From Malacoraja senta (taxonomy: Eukaryota), in the NCBI GenBank assembly GCA_038087875.1, contig CM075990.1:930001-994000 (forward strand): a stretch of 64,000 bases of DNA, read 5' to 3'. This document shows, piece by piece, positions 23,051 to 36,319 of the stretch (the stretch's first letter is position 1; the number at the start of each line of letters is the position of its first letter). A model generated the notes under the pieces. It was not told the origin of the DNA. It searched no databases and saw only the letters and a list, made by a program, of their open reading frames with translations. The position numbers and the translations under genes are program-made.

Positions 23051-24660
23051 AAATACAGGCGAGGTTCGGAAGACTGGAGGGAGGCCAATGTTATGTCTCT
23101 ATTCAAGAAGGGCCGCAGAGAAAAGGCTGGGAACTACAGGCTAGTGGCCATAACATCTGTGGTCAGAATGTTACTAGAGAGTATTGTGAGGGATAGGAAA
23201 TATACACATTTAGATGTCCAAGGGCTGATTAGGATTAGTCAGCATGACTTTGTATGTCTCAAATCTGATTGAGTTTTTTGATGAGATGCTACACTTGTCG
23301 CCTTACCTCCCACCTCGACTCCATCCATGGACCCAAGAAGTCTTTCCAGGTGAGGCAGAGGTTCACCTGCACCTCCTCCAACCTCATCTACTGCATCCGC
23401 TGTTCCAGGTGTCAACTTCTCTACATCAGCGAGACCAAGCGCAGGCTTGGCGATCGCTTCGCCCAACACCTCCGCTCATTTCGCACTAACCAACCTGATC
23501 TCCTGGTGGCTCAGCACTTCAACTCCCTCTCCCATTCCGAATCTGACCTTTCTATCCTGGGCCTCCTCCATTGCCAGAGTGAGGCCCAGCGTAAATTGGA
23601 GGAACAGCACCTCATATTTTGCTTGGGTAGTTTACACCCCAGTGGTATGAACATTGACTTCTCAAATTTCAGAGAGTCCTTGCTTTCTCCCTCCTTCCCC
23701 TACCCCTTCCCAGCTCTCCCACAAGCCTACTGTCTCTGCCTCTTGAAGAAGGGTCTCGACCCGAAACATCGCCTATTCCTTCTCTCCATAGATGCTGCTC
23801 CACCCGCTGAGTTCCTCCAGCATTTTTGTCTACCTTCGAGTTTTTTGATGATGTGACCAAAAAGGTCGATGAAGGCAGAGCTATTGATGTTGTGTACATG
23901 TATTTCAGCAAGGCATTCAACAAGGTTCCACATGGTATGCTGCTCTGGAAGGTTAGATTGCATGGTATCTAAGAGGAGATAGCTGAAAGGATAGGAAATT
24001 GTCTTCATGGAAGGAAGCAGAGAGTGATGGTGGAAGATTGATTTTCGGACTGGTGACGAGTGGCATGCCTCATGGTTCAGAGTTGGGCCCAATGGTGTTT
24101 GTCATCTATGTCAATGGTTCAGATGAGAATGTACATGGCATGATTAGCAAGTTTGCAGATGAAGTAAAAGTGGATGGTATTGTAGAGGGTGAAGATGGTT
24201 GTCAAAAATTGATGTTGCCAGGATTCAAGAACTTGAGCTACAGGGAGAGGTTGAGTAGGCTTGGACTCTATTCCATGGAATGCAAGCGATTGAGGGGTGA
24301 CGTTATAGAGGTGTACATGAGAGGAATAGATCAGGTAGACACATAGAGTCTCTTGCCCAGAGTAGGGGTATCAAAAACCGGAGGACATAGGTTTAAGGTG
24401 AGAGGGGAAAGATTAAATAGGAACCTGAGGAGTAACGTTTACACACAAAGGGCGGTGGGTGTATGGAACGAGCTGCTGGAGGAGGTAGTTGAGGCAGGTA
24501 ATATCGCAATGTTTAGGAAACAATTGGACAGGCATATGGTTCAGAGGGATATGGGTCAAACGCAGGCAGGTGGGACTAGTATAGATGGGACATATTGGTC
24601 GGGGTGAGCAAGTTGCACCAAAGAGCCTGTTTCCACACTGCATGATGCTATGACTATTAC
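23050..24660 (+). mobile_element. CR1 LINE RT and 3' end, split by a Penelope insertion
   Basis: EDWREANV..LFKKG..GNYR, then after the insertion YFSKAFNKVPH, SKFADE and the CR1 3' UTR. Confidence 0.85.
23285..23837 (+). mobile_element. 5'-truncated Penelope element (GIY-YIG plus terminal repeat) with 14-bp target duplication
   Basis: FTCTSSNLIYCIRCSRCQLLYISETKRRLGDRFAQH; GAGTTTTTTGATGA is duplicated at 23271-23284 and 23838-23851. Confidence 0.92.
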
Positions 24661-24877
24661 ATAGGATCAGGAGATATACAATCCTTGTGGATAGATGTAA
24701 GAAACTGCAAGGGTGAAAAGACCCTGATGGAAGATATATATAGGCCTCCGAACAATAGCCAGGATATAGGGTGCTAATTACATCAGGAGATAAAATCGGC
24801 ATGTAAGAAACATTACAGTTTCCCACCCCATTACGTGAGGCAGGAAACAAAGATCCAGCTTCCCTTACAGACTTCAT

Positions 24878-25285
24878 TTAACATTTTCCCAACACTTCTT
24901 CTTCATCGTAGTAGTATTCTATCACCGAGGTCCACTTTCCTTTAGGGCCGGATTCGTCTGCACCCGTTATCATTGGCAGTTGCTTCACAGTAGCTTTCAC
25001 CAGGAGAGACTTAATACAGGGGAAAACACAGCACAGCATGATTGCCACTGCAAGTAGTACGACCCCAATGGTCAGACCAATTTTAACCAGCCATGCTCCC
25101 CAACCCCCCAACATGCTCTCCAGCCATCCAAACAATTGATGACCAAACCCTGCGTTTTGTTTAACATCACTCCTTAGTATTTTTTTAGCTTATCCATGGC
25201 TTTAGTGAAAGACCCCTCTGGGCTAGTATTATTACATATGAAGGTGAAGCATTGTTCCCCAAACAAGACACATACACCCCTTATT
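24878..25285 (-). pseudogene. env: ERV envelope TM subunit remnant
   Basis: GVCVLFGEQCFTFICNNTSPEGSFTKAM (degenerate CX6CC), then after a frameshift GWLESMLGGWGAWLVKIGLTIGVVLLAVAIMLCCVFPCI; SU is not seen. Confidence 0.85.
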
Positions 25286-25354
25286 CTGACCTTATTTACA
25301 CCAGTCTCACAGTCACTAATGTCTCCAAAAAAAACAACTCACCTTATCTTAACC

Positions 25355-26690
25355 ATATAACAATGATAGCAATGAACCAGGCCATCTTGGCCCTTCTAGT
25401 CCGTGCCGAACACTTACTCTCACCTAGTTCCATCTACCTGCACTCAGACCATAACCCTCCATTCCTTTCCCGTCCATATACCTATCCAATTTATTTTTAA
25501 ATGATAAAATCGAACCTGCCTCCACCACTTCCACTGGAAGCTCATTCCACACAGCTACCACTCTCTGAGTAAAGAAGTTCCCCCTCATGTTACCCCTAAA
25601 CTTCTGTCCCTTAATCATGTCCTCTTGTTTGAATCTTCCCTACTCTCAATTGAAAAAGCGTATCCACGTCAACTCTGTCTATCCCTCTCATCATAACCTT
25701 CTGCTCTCCAAACAATAAAGACCTAACTTGTTCAACCTTTCTCTGTAACTTTTTTGCTGAAACCCAGGCAACATTCTAGTAAATCTCCTCTGTACTCTCT
25801 CTATTTTGTTGACATCTTTCCTATAATTTGATGACCAAAATTGTACACCACACTCCATAATTGGCATCACCAATGCCTTGTACAATTTTAACATTACATC
25901 CCAACTCCTATACTCAATGCTCTGATTTATAAAGGCCATCACACCAAAAACTTTCTTTACCACCCTATCTACATGAGATTCCACCTTCAGGGAACTATGC
26001 ACAGTTATTCCCAGATCCCTCTGTTCAACTGCATTCCACAACTCGCTACCATTTACCATGTATGTCCTATTTTGATTTGTCCTGCCAAGATGTAGCACCT
26101 CACACTTATCAACATTAAACTCCATCTGCCATCTTTCAGCTCACTCTTCCAAATGGCCTAAATCTCTCTGTAGACTTTCAAAATCTATTTCATTATCCAC
26201 AACACCACCTATCTTAGTATCATCTGCATACTTACTAATCCAATTTACCACACCATCATCCAGATCATTGATGTATATGACAAACAACAGTGGATCCAAC
26301 ACAGATCCCTGAAGCACCGCACTGGTCACTGGCCTCCAACCTGACAAACAGCCATCCACCATTACTCTGACATCTCCCATTCAGCCACTGTTCAATCCAT
26401 CTTGCTACTCCACCATTAATACCCAACAATTGAACCTTCTTAACCAACCTTCCATGTGGAACCTTGTCAAAGGCCTTACTGAATTCCATATAGACAACAT
26501 CCACCTCTTTACCCTCATCAATTTCCCTAGTAACCTCTTCAAAAATTCAAAAAGATTAGTCAAACATCACCTTCCAGGCACAAATCCATGTTGATTGTTC
26601 CTAATCAGACCCTGTTTATCCAAATGCTTATATATATTATCTTTAAGTATCCTTTCCATTAATTTGCTCATCACTGACGTCAAACAACGT
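25355..26690 (-). mobile_element. CR1 LINE 3' portion inserted between ERV pol and env
   Basis: FSKAFDKVPHGRL, QGSVLDPLLF, SKYADDTKIGG and MEFNVDKCEVLHLG, followed by the 3' UTR. Confidence 0.95.
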
Positions 26691-26699
26691 TCTTGTTAG

Positions 26700-28950
26700 A
26701 ACTCTGCTCTTCCCTCACTTCTTTGTCCTCCAGTTCACTTTCCTCAGGTCTATTATCTAGTCGTACCTGCGGGACAGCCCTCTTGTAAGGATTGAAATGG
26801 TACCAGGTAGATCAACCTTCTACCTGAACTGTGGTGGGTGGTTCGGAAAGCTCATACATACACCTTGTCTCCAGGTTTAAAGGGTCCTTCCTCCTGGTCC
26901 ACCTCCAACTGCTTTTACTTTGCCTGTGCATAAATAAACTTGTATATCATAATTAACTGTTGCATATACTTCTTAAATTCTACCTGTAACTGTTCCAAAC
27001 TCGGTCCCTTGTAGGGACATCTCCATTGTGCCACCTACATAGGTCGGCCAGTAAGCATCTCATGTGGTGTTATGTGGGTTATTCGGTTAGTTTACATCCA
27101 ACATCTCTTCAGTGCCAATGGCAGGGCATTGATCCAATTCAACTTTGTAGTTACACAAATCTTATTTATATTAACCTTCAATGTTCCATTTGTTCTTTCC
27201 ACCATGCCCTGTGACTGCAGGTGTTACACACCCAAATCTGTGTTTTACTCTAAGAGCCTGTAGCACCAGCTTGACTACTCTCTCAATGAAAACAATCTGT
27301 TGTCAAAGCTGATTTCTGTAGGTCTACCAATCCTCTCGATTACCTCATTCATCAGAAACTTCACTACAGACCCTACACCTAAATTTATCCAAGCTTACCC
27401 TAGACATAATAACAGCTGATCATCTTCCAGATGCTGTTCTGACTGCTTCATCTGCACTTTGATTTCCCTCCTTATGTGCTTGACATTTAATGACAGCTAC
27501 AGCCCCTGACTTCATTATTGCCCTTATCAGGTCTGTACTTTACTGCTAACTTTTCATGGGGTCTCCGTTGCTTTTCTCAAAGCCTTTCTGTTTCCCTACT
27601 GCTCCAAACATGTGACAGACCCCATGTACATATGCTTAGTCGGTATAAACTTCAGCTTTCTCACCTTCCCTCATGTCACATGCTGCTTTTAAAACCTTAA
27701 TTTCTGCCAACTGAGCTAAGCAAGATTGCCATCTTTCAATTTAATTACCTTAAAGTCTAATTCATCCTGATACACCACTTCAAACCCTGCATACTTGCTA
27801 TTATGATCCCTTTAACAAGAAACATCCACAAGCAAAACCTTATTGTCTCCTTCATTCAAAGGCTCTGACTGTAAAACATTTCTCCGACTTGTGTGTCCTT
27901 CTTCCTTCATTATTTTCCTTAATAACATCACAATTTCAACATACTTTCCAGTCTAATCTAAACTATATCCTGCCATTCCCAAGAATGTCATCATCTGTCT
28001 TAAAGGCCTGTCTCACGAGTCTGCGGTCATTGGCGGCGAAACAGGAAGAATCTACCGTTCCTGGACCGCCAGAGACCGCGGACTTGGTCAAACGCACAAT
28101 TCCAGGGCCGTGCGGCGTTGTTCCCAACACCGCACGGTGCTAAAAAAAATCAACACTGTCCAAAAATATGTTCTTACCGCACAGCCGCCGCCAGTGCGGC
28201 ACGAGTGCGACACGGTCACCGCCACAGCCGGCGCCAGTGCGGCACGAGCGCCGTGCGTCGAACTTGCACCGCCACAGCCACTGCCAGTGAGGCACGTGTG
28301 CGGCACGACCGCCGCCAGTGAGGCACGTGTGCGGCACGGCCGCCGCCACAGCCCCATCACCCGACGCCGCAAGCTCGTGGGACCGGCCGTACTCGGCCCC
28401 CGCGCAGCATCCGTGCGGCGCTCTCGTGGTTGCCGTGCGGCGCTCTCGTAGTTGCCATGCGGCGCTCTCGTGGTTGCCGTGCGGTCCCCTCTTCCGGTGA
28501 CGCCGCGCTTCACCGCCAATGACCGCAAACCCGTGGGACAGAGCCTTTACTGTCTGTGGCTTAGTAGCTTCAATTTGATCCTGCGCTATCGCTTTAACTT
28601 CTTTAGATATTACTCGTCCTGAATATTCTACCTGCTGCTGACAAAACAGCAACTTCTTCCTGGATACTTTATGACCTCTTATGCCATCTTTTCCATGAGA
28701 ATTGAAATGTCTCTCTCACATTGCTTCTCACTTGTGGAACAAACCAACAAATCATCCACATACTGTATCAAATACTTTCTAAGGGTACACCTTTCAAATC
28801 TTCCTTTAACATCTAATTAAAAACATGGGGCTAGTATTTAAAACCCTGCCTCATCCTAGCCTAGGTGTATTTAATACCTCTTCTTAATGTTCTTACCATA
28901 ACTATGTTCACCACTTTCTTAATATAATTATTATTATTTCCTGATTACCA
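26700..28950 (-). pseudogene. pol: ERV pol remnant (RT, RNase H, integrase) with deletions and a MITE insertion
   Basis: YVDD, KPQTVRQMMTFLGMAGY (restored across the MITE), RNase H and integrase motifs; many stops. Confidence 0.85.
28003..28546 (+). mobile_element. Harbinger-type MITE inside ERV RT
   Basis: TIRs AAGGCCTGTCTCACGAGTCTGCGGTCATTGGCGG / CCGCCAATGACCGCAAACCCGTGGGACAGAGCCT; TTA duplicated at 28000-28002 and 28547-28549. Confidence 0.9.
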
Positions 28951-28999
28951 TACCTGTTCACATCCCCAACACACCTTATCCATTACCTGTCTCCTTACT

Positions 29000-30340
29000 A
29001 GCCTTTCTTGACCACCTCCTTGAGATCCCTCCCTCCATTGGGGACCCCAGTCCTGTCTGAGCTTATATCCAGATTTATTTCACTCCTGATAGGGCATTTG
29101 AGGAAACACTCCTCCAAAGACATTTATTATTGGCATGGAATTCTCTGGCCCCTGTTTGGCTCTGTCATAGGACTCACTGTGTGTCGGTGCATCACTTTTT
29201 TCAGTCTTTTTAACCAGGTCTGTTGTTATTGACAACATTGTCTTTCCTTTTTTCACGCTCTTTCTTTTTGAGCTCTTCAAGTTACATTTACATCACTTTT
29301 CTCTGCACCTCTTCCTGCTGGTCTGCAAGTCCTTTTCATATCTTTGCGATATTTCTCGACCTCATTAACCAAATGATCGCTGAATCGGGGGTGGGAAATA
29401 GATGACAATCCCACCACCTCCTCCAATCTAGACTTGACTTTAGGAGGAATGACATCCACCACAGTGGTTCAGAATATAGTGTTCATTAACTGGTTGCCTT
29501 CTATTTCTTGTTCATTTTCAAGTCTCCACTTTTTCAGCTGGTTCTCCAGATAGGCTGCTGGATTATTTGCCTCTCCCAGTGGATCTCCCCTTTATTCCTT
29601 GGGGTCCACCTTAAGTGGGTAACATTGTCTGAGGGCCTGCCATACCCTCTGCCTGACTGTGTCAAACAGCATGCCATTGTTTATTACATTGTTCACAGCA
29701 TTTTTATATCAGCCATCTTCAGGAGTTCTGTCAGTTTAGTGGTTCCTATCACTTTCACCAACAGTGCCTTCAAATCTCCCATAGCCAATAAGCATCCCTC
29801 ATTCTCCTCCTCCTAAGCCCTAATCCATTTCCTGCCCCATCAGGAATATTGGGTAAGGTATTTTTTAGCCCTCTCAGTTTATGGGTGCCCCAAAGGATAA
29901 TCTGTGTCTGTCCTGCTCTTTTCTTTTTAAAAGCAGTCTCATCAATTTATCCCTCTGCTTTCCACTTTAATTCTTTCTGGTATGCCTTCTTTCTTATTCT
30001 AAACTCAATTTCTTACTTCTCAGATATTCTAACCTCCTTTGTAAATTTATTTTAAAATCTTCCACTGACTCCTCCTGATTTTTACTTTCACACCTGTCCT
30101 TTCCTACTTCGGTTGCCTCCTCACTGCCTCTCTCTCCTTTCTTTCTGAACTGCCTCAGTGCATCTACTTCCTTTCCTTTCTGCTTTTCCCACCTTTCCAA
30201 CTTATCTGTGGGCATATAATTCATAAATAACACTTCCATCTTGTCACACATTTATCTTGAAAGTGCCTTCCTTGGGCCACTTCCTCACAACTTTTTCTTA
30301 AAATCTCAGCAAACAATCATTACCCTTCTCCAACCATAAT
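29000..30340 (-). pseudogene. gag: ERV gag remnant
   Basis: VRKWPKEGTF (matrix-like), PNIPDGAGKWIRA..LAMGDLKALL and VVDVIPPKVKSRLEEVVGL (capsid-like, resembling fish class I ERVs). Confidence 0.75.
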
Positions 30341-31185
30341 GTTTACCATAAAACAACAAACCATAAAAGCTGGTCATGTTTCAGCAATTAACTTATTTCC
30401 AATTATTTCAATCCGTTCTCACCACTCTTGCTAGTAACAATTTTCCAAATTAACTTTACTGAAAAGAAATATAAAAGAAACATCAGAAAAACCAAGCAAC
30501 CTACATTTTCCAACTTTCCCCTTTTAAGTTACGAGGATACAAAGTGTTAAACGTTACCTTACAGCAGTTCGTAACCTTCCCCATTGCTTACAATCTCTTA
30601 AAGGACTTATCACATATATGAACTTCCTCATTCATTCAAAACCGGTTTTTACACACAAATCACATTCGTTCCATTCTTACTTCAAAGAAATGATGCAATT
30701 TTCTACACAGATTAAAGTTTATATAAACACATTTAACATTTATATAATTCTTATCTCCCTTTTAAGTTAAAGTAGGATGGTCTAATCCCCGATCAGTCAG
30801 GTACCTGAGCGCTGTGATTGGACATTGATTCAGATCATGATTAGTCAGACTCACCGTCACTCAAATTCTGATCACACCCCACTAAGATCACAACCAATCA
30901 AAATCCTAGTCACTGAACATCTGACCACACACCACTCCCATTAATTTCCAGACAAAGGAAGCACATTTGGCCAGAGAGAATGCTGAGAGACCAAGCAGCA
31001 GAAATAATGCAGCAAATTTATCTCCACAAACAGTTAAGAAACTCAGTCCTTACACCTCCTCCGTCCTTGCAGTCACTATATTACCTTAATATATTCTTAT
31101 TGCTATATAACCTTACACTCTTCTTATTGCTATTCTACTATATTTTATCACTATGTACACTTCTTGTTACTCACTTACCTTAAAT

Positions 31186-31390
31186 TCGTATTTTGCCCGT
31201 ACAAACCCTTAGTCACCTAAGGTGGTATCCACAATATACTTTATTCTGCCCGTACAAACCCCTGCCCTCTCAGGGTGGTATCCACAGAATGCCCTATTCT
31301 GCCCGTACAAACCCCTGCCCTCTCAGGGTGGTATCCACAGAATGCCTGCCTCGTCCGTGCAACCCCTGACGTCTCAGGGTGGTATCCACG
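31186..31390 (+). repeat. Tandem repeat with ~50-bp unit in the ERV leader
   Basis: About 4 copies of TATTCTGCCCGTACAAACCCCTGCCCTCTCAGGGTGGTATCCACAGAATG. Confidence 0.9.
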
Positions 31391-31728
31391 AAGTCTCAAT
31401 AAACTCTTAATAATATCACACAATGCAATACTGTACTTATCACAGATGTTATCACTCACCACACAGCGCAGCCTTCTCGGACAACCCTCCGGGTCTCTTT
31501 TTTAGAACAATTTAGTGCCAGATTCGTTGGGTAGGAGAGGCCCTCTCGATCACCCAGACGCTTCTGTGCCCCCAGTGGTCCCCGTTTCAACAGGTTACTA
31601 GTCCAAATAAAGCGGAAAACCGCTTACCTTTTTGCGGGTGGCCACCCTTTTCCTGTTGTCCCGGGGAGCCCCGTGGGGCGAGGAAGCGCCCTTGGCTGGT
31701 CGTCCTCTGCTGAACGGACCTCTATCCT

Positions 31729-31746
31729 ACCCTGCTCGCTGCGCCA
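31729..31746 (-). promoter_or_regulatory. ERV primer-binding site, tRNA-Ser(UGA) type
   Basis: Minus strand TGGCGCAGCGAGCAGGGT, 4 nt after the LTR-terminal CA. It is complementary to ...ACCCTGCTCGCTGCG-CCA, the 3' end of vertebrate tRNA-Ser(UGA) as recalled. Confidence 0.85.
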
Positions 31747-33084
31747 ATTTTGTCGTGGTTTTAAGACTCAAAGTTTGGATAAGATGACACAGACATGGAG
31801 AATTCTTCAAGAAGACGAAAAGCCTTTATTTGCAAACAACTTTTGGCTTGGAACATTCAGAGACAACAGAGCCTGGTCTCTCTCTAATTGTTCTTCGATT
31901 CATAAAATCAGACAGCTTTTATTACAGCCTTATCTTCGACTACTTGGCATGCATGCTTCTGTAACTTTAATCTCTCACTATGTCCTTGCTCTTTAACTTT
32001 AATCTCTGAGCCGACCATGGTGTACTAGCTAAAGCAAAATAAAAAACAAGACGTAGCTTGTTTTTGTGCCATGACGTCTGTTCACATAAAAATAGCTGAC
32101 CTCTGCGAGCTTTAGTAAATGTTTTAATTAATTGTTCTTCTATATAATTTCTATATAACTTCTAACTTCTATATAAGTAAGTAATTTATATTTATATAGC
32201 ACGTTTAAATCAACTTGCGTTGAAACCAAAGTGCTTTACATAGAAGAAATTAGGTTTCCATACATCCATAAAAATAAAAAAGATGCAACACACTATAGAA
32301 TTGAACATGAACGTCCCCTCACAGCAGAATCAACATTTTCCACTGAGAGGGAAGCCACTAAAAGGTCCAGTCCTCTTCCTCTGTGATCATCCAAGGCCTA
32401 TTTGAGGCCTCTGCAGTCGCCGCAATGGCGGCCTGATGTTTTCAGGCCCTCTCGAAGGATGATGGAGTTCCGGCGTCAGAAGAACACTCCTCAGCGGCTC
32501 GGAGTGTCTGGAACAGCCGCTTCCTCCCCGGAGACCGTGGCTCCCGAAGTCCACAGGCCGCGCTGGTCGGAGCTCCGACATTGGCGATCTCGGCGAGAGA
32601 TCCCAGGCTCCGCGTTGTTTGAAAGTCAGCGCCGCCCGCGGCTGGATGCTCCGCGACCATTCACCTTACTTACAGTCTGTCCCTCTTGGTTTATTATATC
32701 ACTGTAAGATCACCCTTGACCATTCTACACTCCAGAGAAAAAAATCCCAGCCCACCTAGTCTCTCCTTATAATTCAACCCCCTCCAGGCTATGTCACAGT
32801 AATACCCTGGTGAATATATTGTGTGCCTTTTCCAGCTTAATACCATCCTCCCTGCTGCTTGCTGACCAGAAATGCTCCCAGTATTCTAGAATCAAGAGTT
32901 TATTGTCATGTGGCCCAGATAGAACAATGAAGTTCTCCAACAGTGGCGTCATTGGCGAACTTGAAGATGGAGTTGGAACTGGGCCCAGTTACACAGTGGT
33001 GAGTATAGTGAGTAGAGCAGGGAGCTGAGCACGCAGCCTTGAGCTGCTCCCGTACTGACAGACTTTGAGGTTAAACGTACCCCG

Positions 33085-33430
33085 AATAATGGATAGAGTG
33101 GATGTGGGGAGGATGTTTCCACTAGTGGGAGAATCTAGGACCAGAGGTCATAGCCTCAGAAATAAAGGGCGTTCCTTTAGGAAGGAGATGAGGAGGAATT
33201 TCTTTGGTCAGAGGGTTGTGAATCTGTGGAATTCATTGTCACAGAAGGTTATGGAGGCCGTCAATGAATATGTTCAAGGCAGAGATTGATAGATACTAGA
33301 TTAGTACCGTTGTCAGGGGTTATGGGGAGAAGGCAGGAGAATGGGGTTGAGAGGGGAAGATTGATCAGCCGTGATTGAATGGACCTGATGGGCCGAATGG
33401 TCTAATTCTGTTCCTATCACTTATGACTTT
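33085..33430 (+). mobile_element. CR1 LINE 3' end
   Basis: RVDVGRMFPLVGESRTRGHSL..RRNFFGQRVVNLWNSL plus the 3' UTR. Confidence 0.9.
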
Positions 33431-33484
33431 ATGAGGAGGAAGTGTTGCTGCCAATACTCCAACTGTGGTGTCAACAATGACTTA

Positions 33485-33975
33485 AGGGCCTGTCCCACGA
33501 GCATGCGACTCCATGCGGCAAGCGCGACCAAACCGGAAGCGGGGGCCGCGCGGAGGTCGAATGATCCCCGTACAGGGCCGGTCCCACCAGCATGCGACTC
33601 CATGCGGCGAGCGCGACCAAACCGGAGGCGGGGGCTGCGCGGAGGTCGAGTGAGTGACGTGAAGTTCGAGTGAAGTCCGCTGGAAGTTCATGCGTGACGT
33701 ACGGCGTCAAGACACTGCGTACGGCATTGAGACAGTGCGTACGGCGTCGAGACGCTGCGTACGGTGTCGAGGCGGCTGCGGGCCGACAGGCCGTTGCCGC
33801 GCGGAATTTTTGAATAGTCTCCGTTTTTCGGAGCCCCGCGCGATGTCGGGACCAGCTCCGCACAACTCCATACGGTTCCAGCGATCGAAGTGGGACCGGC
33901 CCCGCGAGGCCGTACGGCTCAAGCGATCACGTTAGGTCGCGCTTGCCGCATGCAGTCGCATACTCGTGGGACAGG
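33485..33975. mobile_element. Harbinger-type MITE
   Basis: TTA then AGGGCCTGTCCCACGAGCATGCGAC...; right end GTCGCATACTCGTGGGACAGG; internal duplicate of the subterminal block. Confidence 0.85.
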
Positions 33976-34912
33976 ATGTCTAGCTCCTTTAGTCAATGCC
34001 TGACCGATGAAGGCGAGCTTGCTAAACGCCCTCTTTGCCCCCTTGCCTACCAGAGCCTCCACTTACAGAGAACTATGTATCCACCCCGCTATTGGCATAC
34101 CCTGGGTACGCAAGCAAAGAATTTCACTGTAACAATGAAGTGTTCCATCCCATCCCATCCCCAGGTGGCAATGTTCTACAGCAATCTCCTGCGTAACACC
34201 TGCTGAAATGAACCACCTCCCACATGACCAAGCTGAATTCCAATAATCCAGAGGGTTTAATTTTCATAAACGGAACAATGCAATTCTTAATTGCAACCGC
34301 ATAACAGGTTTGTGGACACGACAAACAACCAAGAGAAGTTCAATAAAGGTTTAAAGTGAGGGGGGAAAGATATAGGAATCTGAGGATTCACTTTTTTCAC
34401 ACAAAGGGCAGTGGGTGTATGGAACGAGCTGCCAGAGGAGGTAGTTGAGGCAGGGACTATTCCAAACTTCAATACACATTTAGACAGGTACATGGATAGG
34501 AGAGGTTTGGAGGGATATGGGCCAAACGCAGGAAGGTGGGACAAGTATAGATGGGGCATGTGGGTCAGTGTGGGCAAGTTGGGCTGAAGGGCCTGTTTCC
34601 ACACTGTATGACTATGACTCTAAATTTAAAAAAAAATAGGGTAGCATATTATGTGGTGTAATATAATATAATTGTAATATGCACCATTTCCATGCCCACT
34701 TTTCCAATTTGATAAGATGCAGTTATAATCTTAGCTAACCATCTACACTATCGACGGTGCCACTGATGCCATCTGCACTATTACACACCGGGCCAACTAT
34801 CTTCACATCCCAATCATTACTCTAGACAACGAATGACAGTGGACGCAGTAACGACCCCCACAGCACACAGCGGTCACGCACCTCCTATCTGATTCACACC
34901 TGAGGGCAGTCA

Positions 34913-35220
34913 GGGTGGCGCAGCGGTAGATTTGCTGCCTTACAGCGAATGCAACACCGGAGACCAGGTTTGATCCCGGCTACGGGTGCTCTCTGTACAG
35001 AGTTTGTACGTTCTTCCCGTGACTGCGTGGGTTTTCTCCGGGTGCTCTGGTTTGCTCCCACACTCCAAAGACGTACAGGTTTGTAGGTTAATCGGCTTGG
35101 TATAAGTGTAAATTGTCCGTAGCGTAGGTAGGATGGTGTTAATGTGCGGGGATCATGTTTTGGCATGGACTTGGTGGGCAAAAGGGCCTGTTTCCATGCT
35201 GTATCTCAAAAGTAAACTAG
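34913..35220 (+). mobile_element. HE1/V-SINE-type SINE
   Basis: Matches the family consensus. Confidence 0.88.
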
Positions 35221-35739
35221 ACTCTGGGATTAGAGAGGAGCTTCGGATAGGGGAGGAAGGAGTGGGGTGACAGGTCTAGTGGGAGATATTGATGTGCACT
35301 CAGTAAGGTGGGCTGGGGAACAAAATGGTGGGTAAAGGGGAAATATTCGTTGAAATGGGAGAGTTGACCATTCATACCATTGGATTATAAGTTACCCAAG
35401 TGGACTTGGAGGTACTGAATTTTTGACAAGCTTATTCACTTATACAGACAATACCATTTCACACTCATCTGCAATGAACTGCATCAACCATTCCTCAGCT
35501 TATTTACCCAATTGATCAAGATCCTGCTGTCATTTTTGATAACCATCTTTGCTATCTCCGATACCACCTTCTGCAATATCGCCTGCAGTTCGTCCAGTTT
35601 GTGTGTGGCCGCACTCTGGCAATGGAGGAAGCCCAGGACAGAAAGGTCAATGTGGGAATGGGGATTTAAAATGGTTGACAACTGGGAGAATGGTTTACCT
35701 CCCTTTAACTGAGTGGTAACCGGGTAAACAGGAACTTCG

Positions 35740-36170
35740 GCACCGCACTGACCAGCGATCCCCGCACACTAACACTATCCGACAAACACTTGGAACAATT
35801 TACATTTATACCAAGCCAATTACCTGTACCTCTTTGGAGTGTGGGGGGGAACTGGAGCACCCGGAGAAAACCCACGCAGGTCCAGTACAAACTCCGTACA
35901 AACACAGGATCGAACCCGGGTCTCTGGTGTCGTGTCTCTATGGAGTTTGTCCGTTCTCCCCGTGACCCGCGTGGGTTTTTCTCCGGGCGCTCCGGTTTCC
36001 CCCCACACTCCAAAGACGTGCAGGTTTGTAGGTTGATTAGCTGGGGTAAAAATTGTAAAATTGTCCCTAGTGTGTAGGATAGTGTCAGTGTATGGAGATC
36101 GCTGTTTGACGTGGACTCAGTGGGCCGAAGGGCCTGTTTCTGCGCTGTATCTCGAAAGTAAAAAAGTAAA
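35740..36170. mobile_element. Two 5'-truncated SINEs fused head-to-head
   Basis: A minus copy at ~35740-35927 is joined directly to a plus copy at ~35933-36170. Confidence 0.8.
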
Positions 36171-36319
36171 ATTAGCTGCCAGAACGGCACAGGTGACTTC
36201 CCTTCCCTGACCGTCCCTGTGACAGGATCTGGTCCAGGAGGCCAGGATGCTGCTCATCATTTGTTCTCTCCCCCTTTACTGAAAGGTCCATGTCCTGACA
36301 TATTCCCATCCCTTCCAAT

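Larger units (their letters stand above)
24811..32177 (-). mobile_element. Decayed endogenous retrovirus (class I, gamma/epsilon-like): partial 5' LTR, PBS, gag, pol, env TM, PPT
   Basis: LTR end ...CGACA at 31751, PBS at 31729-31746, gag WPKEGTF (~30270), RT LIQYVDDLL (YVDD 28751-28762), RNase H AVIKCQAH..GNQSADEA, integrase [15 protein letters not shown] and PHEMLTGRPM, env TM GVCVLFGEQCFTFI with a membrane anchor, and a purine tract before TGTAATG at 24817. Confidence 0.9.

Noticed and set aside
31186..31390. CRISPR-like periodic repeat
   Set aside because: Head-to-tail tandem units with no unique spacers, no cas genes, and located in a eukaryotic ERV leader.
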